From Macrostomum lignano (taxonomy: Eukaryota): DNA of 43,561 nucleotides. The DNA lies in assembly GCA_002269645.1 (NCBI GenBank), contig NIVC01004513.1:1-43561 (forward strand), in the 5' to 3' direction. Below the pieces are notes generated by a model that did not search any database, had not been told where the DNA came from, and saw only the letters and a program-made list of their open reading frames with translations. Positions within the stretch are counted from its first letter, which is position 1. Each line of letters begins with the position of its first letter. The translations under genes were made by a program, and so were the position numbers. Shown here piece after piece: positions 38,032-43,561 of this stretch.

Positions 38032-38487
38032 ATGCGCAGCAAAGGTTTAGAAAATGAGAACGAGTTCACAAAGCCTTTGGATGATTCATCCGCTACATTC
38101 TCTCTCTACAGAAGCCTGATAATTAAATCTCTAATTTCGGTGCTTTGCGACCAAGCCTTCTCATTATGCACTGGAATTGCATTGGCCATGATGCTGTGGG
38201 CAACGGTGCTCTACTGCTACCATACTCGCTACTTCTTCATTGGAACGGTGGATCGCATGTTCGGGTCGCAGGTATTCTCTATTGTGCGCTTCCGAGTGCT
38301 GTCATTTCTGCGCAACGCCTACATTTGGTACGTTAGCCAGTCCGAGCAGAACCGTGCGGGCGCTCGGCTGCAGACAATCAAGTGGGAGTTCATCAAGGAG
38401 ATGTATCCGGCTGAATTTGCGCGCTTCCGTGAGCAAAATCTGCTCAACCAGCTTTATCAGAATAACGAACGAAAGACTGATGATTAG
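38032..38487 (+). CDS. Hypothetical small membrane protein, 151 aa from the ATG at 38032 (could be an exon of a longer gene)
   Basis: Open frame of 210 codons (37855-38487), higher GC than the flanks, protein-like composition and a hydrophobic segment (LCTGIALAMMLWATVLYCY). Family not recognised. Confidence 0.55.
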   Translation: MRSKGLENENEFTKPLDDSSATFSLYRSLIIKSLISVLCDQAFSLCTGIALAMMLWATVLYCYHTRYFFIGTVDRMFGSQVFSIVRFRVLSFLRNAYIWYVSQSEQNRAGARLQTIKWEFIKEMYPAEFARFREQNLLNQLYQNNERKTDD

Positions 38488-39995
38488 TAAGTTGTGGATT
38501 ATCCTTTGGTGTAGCTGATACAGATCGCCTTTGACTACTTGTTCGTGTACAACAACGTTCCATGTTGCTCTCTTACACGCCATAACAATTTGTACCAATA
38601 TTCTGAGCAAGAAATCTGATAGTTCTGTATTAAATTAAACTGGATTGAAGCAATATGGCTAGTTAATATCGAAAAATCGTATAAAGGCAGTGAACAAGAT
38701 GTTTTTGCTTTTGTGATGAACAGCAATTTCCTTTTTCTCGTTTTAATCATTTTACCCTCCCTACGACTACAACATTAACTATAAATCACTAACTCCTACT
38801 CGATCTATTCCAACTGGCTTGGCTTTTGCTGCCTCACTTTTTCACCATCTAATAAACCATGCATATTGCTGAATAACCAATCTAACAAAATATAATAAGC
38901 ATCGATTATTAGAGCTTGAAACTGTAAATGCTTCGTTTAGCACTATCCAATTTTGGATGCCAAAGGATTTAAAAAGGCCTACACTATGTTCCATACCTAG
39001 CCATACATGTACTGCCTGTCACAAATTCGAAGTAATGTGTTAATATCGCTTTCTACTGTATGCTAATAATGCTAATAATATGATAATAACTGCACGGGAG
39101 TTGTCAACACCCTTGGCGTAACGCCTTCTTCGACGATACCGACCCACAACCAAGCGCTGAGGCCATTCTGCCCAATCCGCTGACTCATGACTGTGCGTAC
39201 ACATATCGTTCACGCACAGGCACGCTGCTAGGAGGAAACGAGTCGCGGCGGGAAAATGAGAAAAAAGTAACGCTTGAGTGACTTTGATCAATCGGCGGAG
39301 GGGGGGTGGGTGAGCAAAATCAAAATCAAGAAGACTGGGGGAGGAAACTTTAGGCATTGTTACATCATAAGTTTGCTGATCGATTTTCATAAAGCTTGTT
39401 TAACGAATTCGTGCTAATTAATAGTTCAATAGTTTTCGTATAGTTAAATAAATAGGCTTGCTATGCTATGAAGTTCTGCTTGGTGGGCTATTCATAAAAG
39501 TACGAGGTATAATTGTCCCAAATCTGCGGCAGTTAATTACACTCACTGCAGCCGTCAGGACTGACTCATGACTGCCAGCAATGCTCGCGTTTCTGATTCC
39601 AGCAGATTGCTTACTTCACTGACCTAGGCTAACGAAGATTCGGAGTAAGTGAAAACTTCCTGTTTGACACGTTGCTGCCATTGGTAGAGACGAAAACGAA
39701 CTGCGTTCTAATTAACTCTAACAGCTGTGTACGAATTTGCATTAAATTATATGCAAGGCAACTATAATGCCAAGCAACAATCACAATCGCTAGTCTTAAT
39801 AAAAAGAGCTGCTTGGCAATATCAACCAGCATAAGAACCCAAAGAATATTTTTTTGTAACGATTCAGTATTTTTGCAGGTAAAAAGCAGAAAACAACAGT
39901 AAAGCGAATTGCTACGAGAAAGACAAAGACTGGACCAAGAACCGGAAAATCAGTGGCAAAAGCAAGCAAAGAAGATCAGAAACTACAAAATATAG

Positions 39996-41294
39996 ATGGC
40001 ATCGTTGTGCTCAGTGGTTTGCAATATTTTACTCGCAGTACTCTGTGCCAGTGCACTTACAGGAGCCATAAGGGAAGAAAATGCGACCCAGCTAGAGGTC
40101 ATCATGCACCAATATGATCGCCTCTTTCGGCCATCGCCTTCGCTGGATCAGAACAATGGAACCAATGACAAAGCCGACGAAATGCTACAAACTGCTACTC
40201 AAGTTGAAATCGGCGTCAATGTGCTTAGCCTTGGCCCAGTTGATCAGGTACGAATGGAGTTCAGGGTTGAGATGCAACTGCTAATGCGCTGGATTGACCC
40301 ACGTTTGCGCCGAAACAGCGCCTCAAAGTCAGTAAGCAGCCAATTTGTTGGTCTGGTCCTTAGCCGCAGGGCGGATTCAGTATGGCTTCCGGGTGTGTAC
40401 TTTCCCGGTGCTACAGTCGTGCGCCGGCCTGACCGGCCATCCAGAAACATTCTGCTTTGGTTGTGGCCGAATGGAATGCTTCAGTACAGCCAGAAGTTGG
40501 ATGTAGTTTTCCGCTGCCGCATGGATGTAAAATGTTTTCCATTCGACACTCAGACTTGCTTAGTTGACATTGGAGTTTTTGACTTGAGCAGCAATGATCA
40601 GCAACTCAGTTGGTTTAAAAATGGAGTCACTTTTGAAAACCCGAATGCTGAGTTCAACAGTGAGTTTCATTCGCCTGTTATCGAAACAGCCAGCGCGGAA
40701 TCGTTTTCAGCCGAGACCGGACTCAACTTCAGTCATCTCACTGCGTCATTTTCCCTGCGCCGACGCCACACTCGTTACATCCTGACTAACTACTTGCCAT
40801 CTACATTTATTGTGCTCACTACTTGGTCATCGTTCGCCATCGATCATAAGTCACCTCCAGCCAGAGTGTCCTTGTCATCTCTATGTCTAGTGGCCCAGCT
40901 TACACAAAGTCTCAGTTTGGAGTCCAAACTGCCCCAGGTGTCATACGTTACCAGTCTCGGCATATGGCACACCGGCTGCATAGCATTTGTGTACCTATCC
41001 TTGCTGGAGTACATGGTCATTAACTTGCTAAGGATCCGGAAGCTGCGGCGACGTAAGCGCCAACAAGCGCTGGCCGCAAAGCGCCGGCGCGGGGGCACAC
41101 TGGGCCCGGCTGCTGCAAGTGAGGCGGCCGCTGCCATTGTGGCTGGTGCCGTAGTTCACCTTAGCAGCGGCCGCAAAGTCTGTTGGTATCTCACGCCCTC
41201 GCGGCTGGACTTATTCTGTCTGTTTGCTTATCCTATTGCCTTCTTTTTGTTCAATGTACTTTACTGGACACTTGCAGTGGACTGGCAGCACTGA
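39996..41294 (+). CDS. Cys-loop (pentameric) ligand-gated ion channel subunit, GABA/glycine-receptor-like anion type, single exon, 432 aa
   Basis: Signal peptide, Cys loop CRMDVKCFPFDTQTC, WIDPRL, four TM segments, PAR motif before M2. Confidence 0.95.
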   Translation: MASLCSVVCNILLAVLCASALTGAIREENATQLEVIMHQYDRLFRPSPSLDQNNGTNDKADEMLQTATQVEIGVNVLSLGPVDQVRMEFRVEMQLLMRWIDPRLRRNSASKSVSSQFVGLVLSRRADSVWLPGVYFPGATVVRRPDRPSRNILLWLWPNGMLQYSQKLDVVFRCRMDVKCFPFDTQTCLVDIGVFDLSSNDQQLSWFKNGVTFENPNAEFNSEFHSPVIETASAESFSAETGLNFSHLTASFSLRRRHTRYILTNYLPSTFIVLTTWSSFAIDHKSPPARVSLSSLCLVAQLTQSLSLESKLPQVSYVTSLGIWHTGCIAFVYLSLLEYMVINLLRIRKLRRRKRQQALAAKRRRGGTLGPAAASEAAAAIVAGAVVHLSSGRKVCWYLTPSRLDLFCLFAYPIAFFLFNVLYWTLAVDWQH

Positions 41295-41749
41295 GCGATG
41301 AGTTCAGCTGAAAATCCTCATTCAGATGTTTTCATGAACTGATAATAACAGTTTCATAGAGCCCTAGTTTGCGCTTTTTGTTGCAGATTTAAACAAAAGT
41401 GCTAGAACATTTTTCTCTAAATAAAATGAATACAAAGCTACCCATTATGTATTTTTTAAATCAAATAGTTAATTTAGATTGTCTTGATCCTCTTTCGGAT
41501 AAAGTCACCATTAAGCACAAGAAGTGGTTCAGCATTCTGCCTTTTTTACTCTTTACATTATAAATTTAATTTTGCACTTTTTCCGCTATTTCTCGTAGTA
41601 CAAGTGCGGCTGATTATACAGGTTTATGTCTTTAATTGCACCAATCTTTGTCAACTACTGTCATAAAATCTTTGAGACTTCTTCTTCGATTAAATTCAGC
41701 AATACATAACAAAATCCTTGTTCCATCATTCAACTTACGAGTTTCTATC

Positions 41750-41850
41750 AAAGTGATTCGAGAATCAAATTTAAATTTGGGCTGAATTTCGCTCAAAAAC
41801 AAAGTGATTCGAGAATCAAATTTAAATTTGGGCTGAATTTCGCTCAAAAA
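41750..41850. repeat. 51 bp tandem duplication, 2 copies
   Basis: AAAGTGATTCGAGAATCAAATTTAAATTTGGGCTGAATTTCGCTCAAAAA repeated. Confidence 0.9.
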
Positions 41851-41956
41851 GGTGCTGAAAGCGCTGCAGCTTGTTGTTCCACTGTATACAGTCAACTGTT
41901 TCAACTGATAGGTTGTGCGCATTCAAGCAACGCTCTATCACCATGAAAAATACAAC

Positions 41957-41957
<1 letters not shown>

Positions 41958-42028
<71 letters not shown>

Positions 42029-43056
42029 CGTTGTCTGTCAGTCAGCAGACAACGTCACAATGCGTGTTTCAAGGCCTGGGCGCGAACGTAGACCGCACCG
42101 CCGGCTGTGTCCGGGGCGCCGGCATCAGTCAGCAGACAGTCGACGAAACGCCGAGTGCGCGCCTGCCCCCTCCGGTAGGGTGCCTGCAGCGTCAGTAGCA
42201 GCACCTCGTGCACCGGCTGTGGGGAGAACGACTCGGCTCGGATAATATGGCTTACTAGCTGAAGTCGCCGACAGCGAAACAGTTCGCTGGGACGATACAG
42301 GCCGGTGCGGCGATAGAGTGCCGCATTGGTGAGCTTTGGCAATCTTGTAGACGGCGCGTGGCAGGCCAGCGTGCGCTGCATCGACCAGCTGTTCGAGCGA
42401 TTCCGTCAGCGTCCAGGTCAGCGTCCAGCGTCCTGGCATTGTACAACAGGACGGTCTCGATCACCGCCTGGAACAACGCCGCCCTCTGACGTTCAGGCAG
42501 GGCTTCGGACTGCAGGACAGCCCTCACAGAGGCAAGTCCATCACCTGTCCGTCAGCGCCTCGGCAGGCAGAAAATAGCGGCCTTGATGTCGTCCGGTACG
42601 CTGAGTACGACGGTCTTCTGCGTGTTGACCACCAGGCCGACACTAGCTGGCGCTGGGCGCCCTCGACGATCGAGGACAGCAGGGCGAGGCTGTCAGCGTA
42701 GCCAAGCAAGCTGAGCCGCCTCTCCGGTTAGCGTCGACCCACGCATCGCTGCAACAGGAAGTCATCCTTGTTAGAAGGGATCGAGTAGTCCGCAGCACCC
42801 AGTCAAGCACCAGGACGAAAAGGAACAGCGCGAGCGTATTTCCCTAAAGGACCCCAGAGGATGTCTCAAAGAAATCCGACATGCCGTCCGGTGTTAGCAC
42901 AGCAACTTTCATGCCATGATACAGCGCCATGACAGCGGATATACTCACGAAGCACCATTGGAGTACGGCCCTCACGACCAAGTCGAAAGCCTTCCTGAAT
43001 TCAATAAAGAGAGCAATCAGGCTCAACTGGCGGTCCGCGCTTCCTCGATGACAGCA
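41958..43056 (-). mobile_element. 5'-truncated, degenerate non-LTR retrotransposon (RTE-like), RT remnant with a (GTT)n 3' tail
   Basis: Frameshifted RT motifs FIEFRKAFD, SSGVL, LGYADS (YADD decayed) and LFQAVIETVLLY; the ORF ends at 42055 and is followed by ~24 copies of GTT (AAC on +, 41958-42029). Confidence 0.88.
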
Positions 43057-43561
43057 GCAATAAAGTCAGCAAAGTCAGCCTACTAAATACAAACCGGCTA
43101 CAACCACCTGTCCTCACCATAGTTGGTCACCAGGGAGCGCAAGCCTCCTCGAAGTTAAGGTATGCCTGTAGAAGTTCAGAATTTTCCACGGAAAGGTCAA
43201 TAAAAGTGACGTCTTTTGTGTAACAATTTCCACTTAAGGGGCTGGGAGAAGTACTGGGTGTAAATAGGTGTCCTTTGCTAAAAGTCCACTTCTTAATACA
43301 TTGGCGTCGTTGAAAAGAAAAAGAAAACAGCACACAGTTGTCTGGTTTCCTATCCTCTTCAGAGTTTAACCAAGGGAGCATGGGATTCCTTTCTGATGAT
43401 CCCTCTCCCGAATCGGCTGTACATTGCATTTTTTTCGAAAACGCAGATTTGCACAAATTCAGTCACGGGTTTTTTCCTTTCCTTCTGTACTTCTGGTTTT
43501 AGTTCGCAGAAAGAATCGGAAATTCGTCCCGCTGTGCATGAAGATGCACGAAGTGTTCCCA

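Noticed and set aside
41822-42245. Poly-Leu and poly-Asn ORFs
   Set aside because: Translations of the (AAC)n retrotransposon tail and the antisense RT remnant.
43127-43456. 109 aa minus-strand ORF at the window end, possibly a terminal exon
   Set aside because: No recognisable domain and upstream context is outside the window.

Overview
Eukaryotic, intron-containing invertebrate genomic DNA; the gene content and minisatellite density suggest a free-living flatworm such as Macrostomum (inference). Host genes reconstructed by manual splicing: a 2-exon class A peptide GPCR (+); a 7-exon model joining a SUMO-like domain to a CYP7/8-like cytochrome P450 whose heme-ligand Cys position is Trp (+); a Rab26/37-like GTPase with Thr at the catalytic Gln position (-); a REEP5/DP1 gene (-); an orphan membrane ORF (+); and an intronless PAR-type Cys-loop channel (+). 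The 10 kb REEP intron 1 holds a decayed ZSWIM3-like Mutator transposase, a Penelope GIY-YIG fragment with a minimal hammerhead ribozyme between ~175 bp direct repeats, and a hAT-type MITE with an 8 bp TSD. There are many minisatellites and a truncated RTE-like LINE near the end. No CRISPR, rRNA or tRNA is supported. All homology calls are from motif recognition; no database search was run.
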